A DNA stretch of 64,000 bases from Spirochaetota bacterium (lineage in GTDB: Bacteria > Spirochaetota > B62-G9 > DRHN01): contig JAFGTF010000078.1 of NCBI GenBank assembly GCA_016934265.1, forward strand, positions 10,459-74,458, read 5' to 3'. Below are positions 26,169 to 35,527 of the stretch, piece after piece. Under the pieces are notes generated by a model. That model worked only from the letters and a program-made list of their open reading frames with translations. It did no database searches and was not told where the DNA came from. Positions within the stretch are counted from its first letter, which is position 1, and each line of letters opens with the position of its first letter. Both the position numbers and the translations under genes were made by a program.

Positions 26169-28706
26169 TCAGGGACGTATACTCACAGAACGTTCGATTT
26201 TTAATTCCCGTACCGCATTCTCGAGCCTTCCTGCGAATACGTCGTACCCCTCTTCCGCGTACTCGACCGGTGCGCCGAACCGTACCACGACCCGGCCGCG
26301 CCGTAGAAACCGCGCACCCGGCGGCAGCACCTTTTCCATGCCGTCGATGCAGACCGTGTATACCGGCGACCTCGTCTGCGCCGCGATCATGCCGATTCCT
26401 TTCTTGAACTCGTGTACTCGGCCGTCGGAAGAAACCTCTCCTTCCGGGAAAACGAGCACCCATCGGCCCGCGTCCAGCAGCTCTCCCGTATACTCGAGGC
26501 TCGGCCGGTATGCCGCACCCTGCGGAAACGGATATGTCTGAAAGAGCAATGTAACGGTACGGTACGCAAGACCGGCAAAAAACCGTTTGATCCGATTTCC
26601 GGTATCTTCCCCCCGAGGCCCGGTCGTATACCCTGCGAAACGGGCGCCGAAACGGTTGAGACCCATCGCAGGGCACAGCAGTTTCCTGTATCGTACAGGC
26701 AGCGCGAGAAGTATCGCAACCGGGTCGAGGTGCGACGTGTGGTTGCTCACCAGTATTCTCTCTCTTTCGCCTTTTTCGATCCATTCGAGCCCCTCGGTCT
26801 CGAGCCTGCAGAACAGCCGCATTACAGGAAGCAGCGCACCGTCCAGCAAAAGCCTCCGTACAACCCTCACGGGAAGCGACCTGTTCCAGCGTGGCATTTT
26901 CAGCGCGGTGTGCGGCCTGGGGTGCTGAGCCAGCTTTTCGAGATCGCCCAGCGTGGTGTGCGGACTTATATCGGACTCGTCGAGGCTCGTTCCGTATTCC
27001 TGTTCGAGACGCAGCACCAGCTCGATGCGGTCGAGAGAATCGAGGCCGAGGTCGTCGGCGAGTCTCGATTCCGGTGCCGCGTCCGGGGGGATCAGTTTTT
27101 CGAGCGGATTATCGCTTTGTATCACGGCATGCGCGCTTTGAACGCGGGACAGCACCTCCTCCCGCCTGATCTTGAGCGTCGGGGTTCTGGGAAAATCGGG
27201 CGCGTCCCACACGGTGTACCCTTTTATCTTCTGGAAGGGGAGAAGGGAGTTGTTCGCCGTACGGACGGCTTCCACCGGTTCGATCGATTCATCGAGGAGC
27301 AGAACGGCATGAACGGTTTCGCCGCTTTTATGTGGCATGCCGAATACGAGGCTGTCCCGCACCCCGTCGACACGGCCCAACGCCTCCTCGACGTCGCTCG
27401 CGAAGACGTTTCTCCCGTCGGGAGTGACGATCATCTCCTTTTTACGGCCACGTATGTACAGGAGGCCGTCTTCGCCCACGGTTCCCATGTCTCCGGTCGA
27501 AAGCCAACCGTCGCGGAGAACCTGCGCGGTTTTTTCCGGATCCTTGTAGTACCCCTCCATCACGTTCTTGCCTCTAACCTGGATCTCTCCCTCTTTGGAG
27601 ATACGTACCGATTGACCCGGGAACACCCTGCCGACTGACGCCCTATCGTGACCGAACGGGCTGAACATCGAAACGATCGGCGCGGTCTCGGTGAGCCCGT
27701 ACCCCTGAAACACCGCATAGACGAGCCGGCGCCAGAACTCGTGCGTATCAGGGTCGAGCGGCGCGCCGCCGACGATAAAGGACCAGAATGAGAGGCCGAA
27801 GAAGCGGCGGACGTCTAAAAAGAACGGCCATCGCAGCGGATAGGGAAGCGAGACAAGTCGGTCGTACCGTCTCTCGAAGCCTTCCATCCTGCCGTTTGCA
27901 CGGAGAAAAGAATAAAAGTGATCCTTCATCAGTCTCATCACGCGCGGCACGGTAATCAGGCTGATGATCCTGTTTCGCTTTATCTGGCGGATGAGGGAAG
28001 CGGGGTCGTTGTCGGCCGCCTCATAGACGGTGCTGCCGATGAGCACTGGAAGGAAGATCCCCGCTATCTGGCCGAACATGTGGCTGTACGGTACGCAGCA
28101 GAGGATCCTGAGAGGGGTGCAAAGCCGTATTAGACGCTTTCTGCGCTCGATTCCCTCCTCGAGAGGTTTCAGGTCCGCGAGAATGTTGCCGTGGGTGAGC
28201 ACCACGCCCTTCGGGTTCGCCGTGGTACCGGACGTATACACGATTTCGGCTTGATCGGAAAGCGCGACGGGCTCCGGTATCCCGGGGGGGCCTTCACGGC
28301 ACGCAGCGATATCTTCCTCGGTTACACAGACGGCGTGTCGGCTTGACAGGGCCGCGGGGTCGGTTTTCGAGCCTGAGATAACGAACGACGGTTCCGTCTG
28401 TTTCACGATTTCGCGAAGCAGCGACTGTGGGGAGTCGGGTTCGATCGGTACCACCACTCCTCCCCGGTGAAGCACCGAAAAGAAGGCGATGACCCATGAC
28501 GGTCCCGGCCGCAGCCCGAGAATGACCCGCTCTCCTTTTTTCAGGCCGGCTTTTTTCAGCGCGCCGCTGAACCCGAGCGAGGCGCGTTGAACTTCGTCGA
28601 AGCGCCACGGATTAGAGCGGTACCCGTCACGGCCGACGAGGTAAATACGGCTTCCCCATTCCTGCATGAGGTTTAGGTATCCTTCGAGCGCGATTCTTTC
28701 TGCCAT
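26169..28706 (-). CDS. Tri-domain fusion: AMP-dependent acyl-CoA/acyl-ACP synthetase, an acyl-carrier-protein-like domain and a PlsC-type lysophospholipid acyltransferase (Aas-like, domain order reversed)
   Basis: AMP-binding motif IVYTSGTTANPKGVVLTHGNI plus YGLTET and a downstream GWL.TGD adenylation motif. 4-prime-phosphopantetheine site LADDLGLDSLDRIELV. Acyltransferase motifs VSNHTSHLD (HX4D) and VFPEGEVS. Single uninterrupted 845-aa ORF. Confidence 0.75.
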   Translation of the reverse strand: MAERIALEGYLNLMQEWGSRIYLVGRDGYRSNPWRFDEVQRASLGFSGALKKAGLKKGERVILGLRPGPSWVIAFFSVLHRGGVVVPIEPDSPQSLLREIVKQTEPSFVISGSKTDPAALSSRHAVCVTEEDIAACREGPPGIPEPVALSDQAEIVYTSGTTANPKGVVLTHGNILADLKPLEEGIERRKRLIRLCTPLRILCCVPYSHMFGQIAGIFLPVLIGSTVYEAADNDPASLIRQIKRNRIISLITVPRVMRLMKDHFYSFLRANGRMEGFERRYDRLVSLPYPLRWPFFLDVRRFFGLSFWSFIVGGAPLDPDTHEFWRRLVYAVFQGYGLTETAPIVSMFSPFGHDRASVGRVFPGQSVRISKEGEIQVRGKNVMEGYYKDPEKTAQVLRDGWLSTGDMGTVGEDGLLYIRGRKKEMIVTPDGRNVFASDVEEALGRVDGVRDSLVFGMPHKSGETVHAVLLLDESIEPVEAVRTANNSLLPFQKIKGYTVWDAPDFPRTPTLKIRREEVLSRVQSAHAVIQSDNPLEKLIPPDAAPESRLADDLGLDSLDRIELVLRLEQEYGTSLDESDISPHTTLGDLEKLAQHPRPHTALKMPRWNRSLPVRVVRRLLLDGALLPVMRLFCRLETEGLEWIEKGERERILVSNHTSHLDPVAILLALPVRYRKLLCPAMGLNRFGARFAGYTTGPRGEDTGNRIKRFFAGLAYRTVTLLFQTYPFPQGAAYRPSLEYTGELLDAGRWVLVFPEGEVSSDGRVHEFKKGIGMIAAQTRSPVYTVCIDGMEKVLPPGARFLRRGRVVVRFGAPVEYAEEGYDVFAGRLENAVRELKIERSVSIRP

Positions 28707-29243
28707 TCGAAGCTCCCCACATCGATTATAACAGATTCGTGGGGTCGGGCCATATAAATTATCGCAGAAGAATGAATATGATCTTATACAGTGCAGGTGC
28801 CGCTATTTGGGAATGCGCACATACCGATTGGTAACAATCAAGGAGGATGCCCTGTAAAGGCTTTTTCCGTGTACATAGTTTCCGGGCCCGTATGAGATTC
28901 AAAACGATGATTTTCATGCGTTGCCGCCGTGAAACGGTAAAGACAGTGTTACGGAGTTCTTTTTTGTGTATACGTTTATCCGTACAGACCGGTTTAAAGA
29001 GAGTAGAATATACTACTGCCTGCCGGCCGACGAGCGTCGGCCGCATACCGTATACGTACCTGCAACAAGTAACGTAAAAACAGGACGGGTTTCATCGGCA
29101 CCACCGTTTGCCGTCGCACGGGTTGACGTCGCGTAGGCCGCAGCCGTACTCCGTTTATTGATTGTACCGTTTTATATTTCATTGTATTATTTCGATCGGC
29201 TGATATAATTAAGACTAATCCAACATGGAGTGTGGAGGAACCC

Positions 29244-30020
29244 ATGAAGGTCGAAAACAGGCGGATACTGGCGGTGGGGGCCCACCCGGACGATGTCGAG
29301 TTCATGTGCGGCGGCACGCTCAAGCTGCTTGCCGAGGAGGGATACGAGATATTCATCGGTATCATGGCAAACGGGGACTGCGGATCGATGGTGGAACCCC
29401 CGGAGAGTATCACGAGGATCAGGCGGCATGAAGCCCTCGACGCGGCCAAGCTTCTCGGCGCGGAGCTGTACCCCCTCGGGGAGCTCGATCTCCGGATTAC
29501 CCCCGACGACCGGACAAAGGAGGCCACAACGGAGCTCGTCAGGTCGGTGGACCCGCTTTTGGTATTTACCCATCCCCACGAGGACTACATGGCGGATCAC
29601 GAGGTGTGCTCGAGGCTCGTCAGGCTCGCCTGCTTTTGCGCCCCGATACCGAACTATACCACGCGTGCGCCGATACCCGCGCCGAGGACGTACGGTATTC
29701 CGTATCTCTACTACTGGTCCCCCTTCGAAGGTCTCGACATATACGGCGGGTTCGTTCCCCAATCGGTGCTTGTCGACATCACGCCGGTCGTTACCTTCAA
29801 AACGGATCTTCTGACCTGCCACAAGAGCCAGAGGGACTGGCTCTTGGAGCAGCACGGCATTGACCGGTACACCGAGCTCATGAAACAGACAGGCAGACGC
29901 TACGGAAAGGAGTGCGGAGTGGAGTTTGCCGAGGGATTCCGCCAGCATCTCGGTAACGCCTATCCGCGCGACAATATGCTGGCGCAGATACTGGGTGCAC
30001 GTGTGAAGGAAAAGAAATAA
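29244..30020 (+). CDS. PIG-L / LmbE-family N-acetylglucosaminyl deacetylase
   Basis: RILAVGAHPDDVEFMCGGTL zinc-binding motif and HEDY..DH. GGAGG RBS 6 nt upstream of the ATG at 29244 (the track ORF starts at GTG 29232). Confidence 0.8.
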   Translation: MKVENRRILAVGAHPDDVEFMCGGTLKLLAEEGYEIFIGIMANGDCGSMVEPPESITRIRRHEALDAAKLLGAELYPLGELDLRITPDDRTKEATTELVRSVDPLLVFTHPHEDYMADHEVCSRLVRLACFCAPIPNYTTRAPIPAPRTYGIPYLYYWSPFEGLDIYGGFVPQSVLVDITPVVTFKTDLLTCHKSQRDWLLEQHGIDRYTELMKQTGRRYGKECGVEFAEGFRQHLGNAYPRDNMLAQILGARVKEKK

Positions 30021-30032
30021 GAGAGGAGGGTA

Positions 30033-31067
30033 ATGATGAAGAGCTATAAAGTCGGGATAGTAGGGCTCGGCTGGGTGGCAGGCGCACACCTGCGTACGTT
30101 CGCCGCGCTGCCGTACTACGAACCGGTGGCAGTCATGTCGAGGAGGAAGCTCGATCCCGAGGAGATACGCCGGGAGTACGGGGTGAACGTGACGGTATAT
30201 AACGACTACGACCGGTTCCTCGCGCACAAGGGTTTGGAGATAGTCGATATCTGTACCCCTCACCCGTTTCATCCCGATGCGACGGTGAAGGCGGCGAACG
30301 CCGGAAAGCATCTCATCGTCGAGAAGCCGCTCTCCCTTACCTTCGAGGACAGCAAGCGTATGCTGGAGGCGGTGAAGAAAAACAAAGTCAAAACATCGGT
30401 CGGATTCTGGATCAGGCTTATGTCAGTCACGAAAGCTATGAAATCGATAATAGACAAGGGCCTCATCGGCGATATCTACTACGCGGAGTGCGATTACTTC
30501 CATGGTATCGGCCCCTGGTATGGCCAGTTCGAGTGGAACATCAAGAAGGATATGGGCGGCAGCTCGCTTCTCACCGCAGGCTGTCATTCGCTCGATATTA
30601 TGCTTTATCTGCTATCGGAGCCGGTGGAGGAGGTGTTCTCCTATTCCACGAAGAACCCGAACCCGGTGTACGCCCCCTACGAATACGATACGACCTCGAT
30701 TACGCTGCTCAAGTTCGTGAAAAAGGGGCTGCTCGGCAAGGTCGCGTCGGTGACGGACTGCATGCAGCCGTATGTCTTCAACATGAACGTCATCGGATCC
30801 GACGGCTCGATCGACAACGAGCGATTCTACAGCAAGAAGATCGACGGATTGCTCGATTGGAGCACTCTCGACGTGATGCGGGTCGATTCCGGAGACGTTG
30901 CCCGCCACTCATACAACGAGCAGTTCCTTCATTTCGCGGAATGCCTCGATACCGGAAAGGAGGCGATAAACAGCCTCGAAGCCGCCTATGAGACGCATAG
31001 GGTGATATTCGCCGCGGACAGGTCCGCGGAAACGGGAAAACCGGTACGGATTTCCGAGTTCTCGTAA
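30033..31067 (+). CDS. Gfo/Idh/MocA-family NAD(P)-dependent oxidoreductase
   Basis: N-terminal Rossmann motif KVGIVGLGWVAGAHL and EKPLSLT...; GGAGGG RBS. Confidence 0.8.
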   Translation: MMKSYKVGIVGLGWVAGAHLRTFAALPYYEPVAVMSRRKLDPEEIRREYGVNVTVYNDYDRFLAHKGLEIVDICTPHPFHPDATVKAANAGKHLIVEKPLSLTFEDSKRMLEAVKKNKVKTSVGFWIRLMSVTKAMKSIIDKGLIGDIYYAECDYFHGIGPWYGQFEWNIKKDMGGSSLLTAGCHSLDIMLYLLSEPVEEVFSYSTKNPNPVYAPYEYDTTSITLLKFVKKGLLGKVASVTDCMQPYVFNMNVIGSDGSIDNERFYSKKIDGLLDWSTLDVMRVDSGDVARHSYNEQFLHFAECLDTGKEAINSLEAAYETHRVIFAADRSAETGKPVRISEFS

Positions 31068-31139
31068 ATCCGAAGAGATGCGGTGAAGACCGCCCCATGT
31101 ACGGCGGAGATATCAACGAACGTTATTGACGGGGAACGG

Positions 31140-31919
31140 ATGAGCCTGCGGGAGGAACAGTACGATCGTTATAAAAGAAATATCGCCTTGGGAGAGGTAG
31201 GCGTACGGGGCCAGAAGAAGCTTCTCTCCTCGAAAGTCTGTATCATCGGTGCCGGCGGTCTGGGCTCCTCGTGTGCGCTCTACCTGGCCGCCGCCGGTGT
31301 CGGCCGGCTTTTAATCGTCGACAAAGATTGTGTCGAGCGCTCCAATCTCCAGCGGCAGATACTGCACAGAACGGGTGACATCGGAAGGACGAAGGTCGAA
31401 TCAGCGCGGCGCGAGATAGAGGCGCTCAATCCCGACGTAGAGCTTATCACGCGGGAGGTCCGGGCGGATATCTCTAATATCCGGGATCTTGTAACCGGAA
31501 GCGATTTCGTGATCGACGCCGCGGACAACTTCGAGACGAAGTTTCTCATAAACGACGCGTGCGTGATCGAGAAAATTCCGTTTTCGCACGCCGGGGTAGC
31601 CGGTTTCGGCGGTCAAGCGCTGACCTATGTTCCGGGGCACGCGTGCTATCGCTGCCTTTTCGAATCGCCTCCTCCGCAAGAAATAGGCGGCGGCAGGCAA
31701 GAAGCGGGGATCCTCGGCAGTATTGCGGGGATCCTGGGTGCGATACAGGCGACTGAAGCGGTGAAGTTCCTCCTCCAAACAGGGGGCCTGCTCACAAACA
31801 GGCTTCTTTTATGCGACGGGCTTTCTTTGACCTTCAACGAAGTGGAGGTGTCGCGCAACCGACAGTGCCCGGTATGCGGAGAACATCCGAGGATCACCGG
31901 GTTTCGAGACGAAGGGTAA
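31140..31919 (+). CDS. ThiF/MoeB/HesA-family E1-like adenylyltransferase
   Basis: VCIIGAGGLGSSCALYLAAAGVGRLLIVDKDCVERSNLQRQILH and two C-terminal CxxC pairs (CYRC...CPVC). No ThiS/MoaD-like partner ORF was seen in the window. Confidence 0.75.
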   Translation: MSLREEQYDRYKRNIALGEVGVRGQKKLLSSKVCIIGAGGLGSSCALYLAAAGVGRLLIVDKDCVERSNLQRQILHRTGDIGRTKVESARREIEALNPDVELITREVRADISNIRDLVTGSDFVIDAADNFETKFLINDACVIEKIPFSHAGVAGFGGQALTYVPGHACYRCLFESPPPQEIGGGRQEAGILGSIAGILGAIQATEAVKFLLQTGGLLTNRLLLCDGLSLTFNEVEVSRNRQCPVCGEHPRITGFRDEG

Positions 31920-32470
31920 GAACGGAAGTTGCCGGGATTTTCACTTCTCTTCATAGAGGAGTAACGGCGATACGACATAGGTAACCCTTTTCCGTATGTC
32001 ACGAAATCCGCGGTATGGTGACTTGTGAATCGAGGGTTATACATCTGAGAAACCCCCTTTTTACAAATCCTAACGAAACTACTTTTCAGAGAGTTACGGA
32101 AATTCAAGCGATTTCGTAACCGGCGAAGATCGCCGATTTTCAATGCCCGCGTCTGCCGAGCCTCGTCGCCGTACCTCTCGAAACGGCGTGTCTATCACCT
32201 GGTCATACCGATTTCAGGGCGGCATGCGCTGTGATTATTACATAAAAGGGGGTTTGACGGCAGGAAGCGGACAGGCCGTACCCACGCCGCGGGCACGACT
32301 CGAGAGCGTACGCGTTCGTGCGCATATTCCGGCTCGTCTGCACCGCACGGGGTAACGGAAGACTGTGTATCGCACTTCGGAGGAAAAAGCCGGGGGACGG
32401 ATTTTGTTTGAACGGCGGAAGAATAGGTTGTACTATTACAAGAGGAGAGCAAAATACGCGAGGTAACGAA

Positions 32471-33814
32471 ATGCGCGCGGCGGAGATTTCGGAATATTAC
32501 CTGGGCAGGACGCCTTCCGTGATACGGATGGCGCAGATCGAGTTCGGCAGAAGAAAGGACCGGGTCGATGCGGTCAACGTGGCGATCGGTAACGTTTCTC
32601 TTCCCATGCATCCTGCGATGAGAAAGCGGATGCGCTCGCTCGGTTCGGAAGGCCCGTTCACGGACGGCGTGGTGAAGTACACGCCGACGGTCGGGCTCGA
32701 TGAGACGAGGCGCGCATTCCTGAAAATAATCGGGTCTAGCGGTTTTTCAACGGATGGGCTCGACGTGCAGGTTACCGACGGAGGATCGCAGGCTATGGAG
32801 TACGTCGTGCTCGGAACCTGCGGGCCGGCGGGAAGCGGTAGAAGGCCCTTGCTGCTGATCGATGCGGCATATACGAACTACCCGGCGTTCGCCGGGAGGG
32901 TGGGGAGAACGACCGTCTCCGTAACGAGGCGCCTCATGGATAACGGAACGTTCACCCTTCCGGATATCGGGAGGATAGAACGTACGATCGTGGATCATGA
33001 TCCGGGTGCAATGGTCGTTATTCCGTATGACAACCCGACTGGTCACTTCTACGATCAAAAAACGCTTTTGCTCCTCGCCCGGCTTTGTGTCGAGCACAAC
33101 CTGTGGATGGTGAGCGACGAGGCATACCGGGAGCTCTTCTATACCGGTGAAAACGCATCAAGCGTCTGGGGTATCACCGATTCGGAAGTTCCGGGGATAG
33201 AGGGGAGACGTATTTCGATTGAGACGGCCTCCAAGGTATGGAACGCGTGCGGCCTCCGTATCGGAGCGCTCGTCACCGACAACCCGGAGTTCCACCGCAG
33301 GGCGGTCGCCGAGGCTACGGCCAATCTCTGCCCGAATGCGGTGGGGCAATGGATTTTCGGCGCGCTCGCGTATGAGGATCAAGAGGCGCTTAAAGGTTGG
33401 TATGAGACGCAGCGGTCATACTACAAGCCGCTCATAACTTCCTTTGCGGAGGAGATGAGACGGCGTCTTGACGGCATTATCGTCTCGAGTCCGGAAGCCT
33501 CCATCTACTCCGTGATAGATGTCAGAAACATCGCGGGAGAGTGGTTCGATGCGAAACAGTTCGTGATGTACTGCGCGCGGGAGGGAGCTGTCGATCTCGA
33601 CGGTGCCCGGCATACCCTGCTTGTTGCTCCTATGGAGGGGTTCTACAACCCCGCGCCGGGAGAGACGAACCCGGGAAAGACCCAGATGAGGATTGCATAC
33701 GTGGAGCCGCCAGACAGGATGAAGCTCGTCCCTCGTCTTTTCGGTACGCTTCTTACTAACTACCGGGCGGCGGTGCAGGAAGGCCGCATCGTCGGACAAA
33801 CCCGGACCGCGTAA
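32471..33814 (+). CDS. PLP-dependent aminotransferase, class I/II fold
   Basis: SASKVWNACGLRIGALV matches the SxSKxxxxxGxRxG PLP-lysine motif. Start chosen at Met MRAAEISEYY (32471); upstream there is a ~550-nt non-coding leader. Confidence 0.6.
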   Translation: MRAAEISEYYLGRTPSVIRMAQIEFGRRKDRVDAVNVAIGNVSLPMHPAMRKRMRSLGSEGPFTDGVVKYTPTVGLDETRRAFLKIIGSSGFSTDGLDVQVTDGGSQAMEYVVLGTCGPAGSGRRPLLLIDAAYTNYPAFAGRVGRTTVSVTRRLMDNGTFTLPDIGRIERTIVDHDPGAMVVIPYDNPTGHFYDQKTLLLLARLCVEHNLWMVSDEAYRELFYTGENASSVWGITDSEVPGIEGRRISIETASKVWNACGLRIGALVTDNPEFHRRAVAEATANLCPNAVGQWIFGALAYEDQEALKGWYETQRSYYKPLITSFAEEMRRRLDGIIVSSPEASIYSVIDVRNIAGEWFDAKQFVMYCAREGAVDLDGARHTLLVAPMEGFYNPAPGETNPGKTQMRIAYVEPPDRMKLVPRLFGTLLTNYRAAVQEGRIVGQTRTA

Positions 33815-34233
33815 GCGGTCACGGTCCAAGAGTACACGCTACCGGCGCGGTTTCTTCACCTTCAGGCTGTTGTAAAGCCGGCGGGCCGAAGCGGCCGCGG
33901 TCTCGTTCGATAACTCGCCCTACGGCGAGGACAGTAACCGACAATCGCTCGATCTCGGCACCGATCCCGGTGCTGAATGCGGCGCATCGGTCTTCGTATA
34001 TCGGTTCCCGCTAAAAGACTCGACAACGTGGTGAAATATCATTATAATTGTTTTCACATAAAAGCGCGCCGCCAACTTCCTTTTCGCTTCGAGAAGAGGA
34101 GGGACGGCGTATGTATTATTATCTGTTATGAAAGGAATTAGACCTTTTTTAACGGGGCTTCCATTATCACCGTGTACCGGTTGACGATGAAGGCTCCCAA
34201 CAGAAAAAGCGATAGAATCCCGTAGGAGGAGAT

Positions 34234-35487
34234 ATGGAGTATAAGGTCAAGGATATCGGGCTCGCCGATTCCGGGAAGCTGAAGATCGAATGGGCGGAGT
34301 CGCGGATGCCCGTACTGATGACGCTTAGGGAGAGATACAAAACGAAAAAGCCGTTGAAAGGGCAGCGGGTCTCAGGCTGTCTTCACGTGACGAAAGAGAC
34401 GGCGGTACTGGTAAAAACCCTGGTCGTAGCGGGCGCGGAGGTCGCGTGGTCCGGATGCAACCCGCTCTCGACCCAGGACGATATTGCGGCGGCGCTTGCG
34501 GCCAGTAACGTACCGATATATGCGTGGCATGGGATGAGCGTCGACGAGTTCTACTGGGCGATAGAACGGACGATCGATATGAAGCCGACACTTACGCTGG
34601 ATGACGGTGCGGATCTCATCAATACCCTTCACCAGAAGCATCCCGACCTTGCGAGAAAGGTAACGGGAGGGACGGAAGAAACGACGACCGGCGTACACCG
34701 CCTCAGGGCGATGGACAAGGCCGGCGCGCTTCTCTATCCCGTGATCGCGGTAAACGATGCGGAGACCAAGTGGGACTTCGACAACGTCTACGGTACCGGA
34801 CAGTCCTCGATAGATGGGATTCTGCGAACGACCAACGTGCTGCTCGCAGGAAAGAATTTCGTCGTTGCCGGGTACGGTCACTGCGGGAGAGGGGCCGCCA
34901 TACGGGCCTCCGGTATGGGAGCGCACGTGATCGTCACGGAAGTCAGCCCGACCCAGGCCCTGAAAGCCGTGCTCGACGGTTTCAGTGTGATGAAGATGGA
35001 CGAAGCCTGTGCAGCCGGCGATATTTTCATCACCGCAACGGGGATGAAGGACGTAATTGTGGAGCGTCACTTCAAACGGATGAGAGACGGGGCCATAGTG
35101 TGCAATACGGGACATTACGACTGTGAGGTGAACCTGAAAGACCTCGGCAAAGCCTCGAAATCGGTTCGGGAAGTCAGGGAGGGGAACGAGGAATACACGT
35201 TGAAGAACGGGGTACGAATCTATATCCTCGCAAAAGGGAGACTGGTGAACCTTGCAGGCGCAGAGGGGCACCCCTCCGAGGTCATGGACATGAGCTTCGC
35301 AAATCAGTTCCTCTCGCTTATACGGTGCGCGAAGGAGGGTAAAAACCTCGAGGTGCGGGTCCACGATATTCCCGAGCAGCAGGACCAGGAGCTTGCGATG
35401 TTGAAGCTGCATACCATGGGACTTTCGATAGACACCCTCACTAAAGAGCAGCTGCACTACCGCGATGATTACCTCGCTGGAACGTAA
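34234..35487 (+). CDS. ahcY: Adenosylhomocysteinase
   Basis: Strong SAHH similarity across the full length (KVKDIGLADSGKLKIEWAESRMPVLM; NAD-binding GYGHCGRGAA); AGGAGG RBS. Confidence 0.95.
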   Translation: MEYKVKDIGLADSGKLKIEWAESRMPVLMTLRERYKTKKPLKGQRVSGCLHVTKETAVLVKTLVVAGAEVAWSGCNPLSTQDDIAAALAASNVPIYAWHGMSVDEFYWAIERTIDMKPTLTLDDGADLINTLHQKHPDLARKVTGGTEETTTGVHRLRAMDKAGALLYPVIAVNDAETKWDFDNVYGTGQSSIDGILRTTNVLLAGKNFVVAGYGHCGRGAAIRASGMGAHVIVTEVSPTQALKAVLDGFSVMKMDEACAAGDIFITATGMKDVIVERHFKRMRDGAIVCNTGHYDCEVNLKDLGKASKSVREVREGNEEYTLKNGVRIYILAKGRLVNLAGAEGHPSEVMDMSFANQFLSLIRCAKEGKNLEVRVHDIPEQQDQELAMLKLHTMGLSIDTLTKEQLHYRDDYLAGT

Positions 35488-35527
35488 TTCAAAGGTCTTT
35501 TGATACACTCGAATTCGGGAGGGGTCC

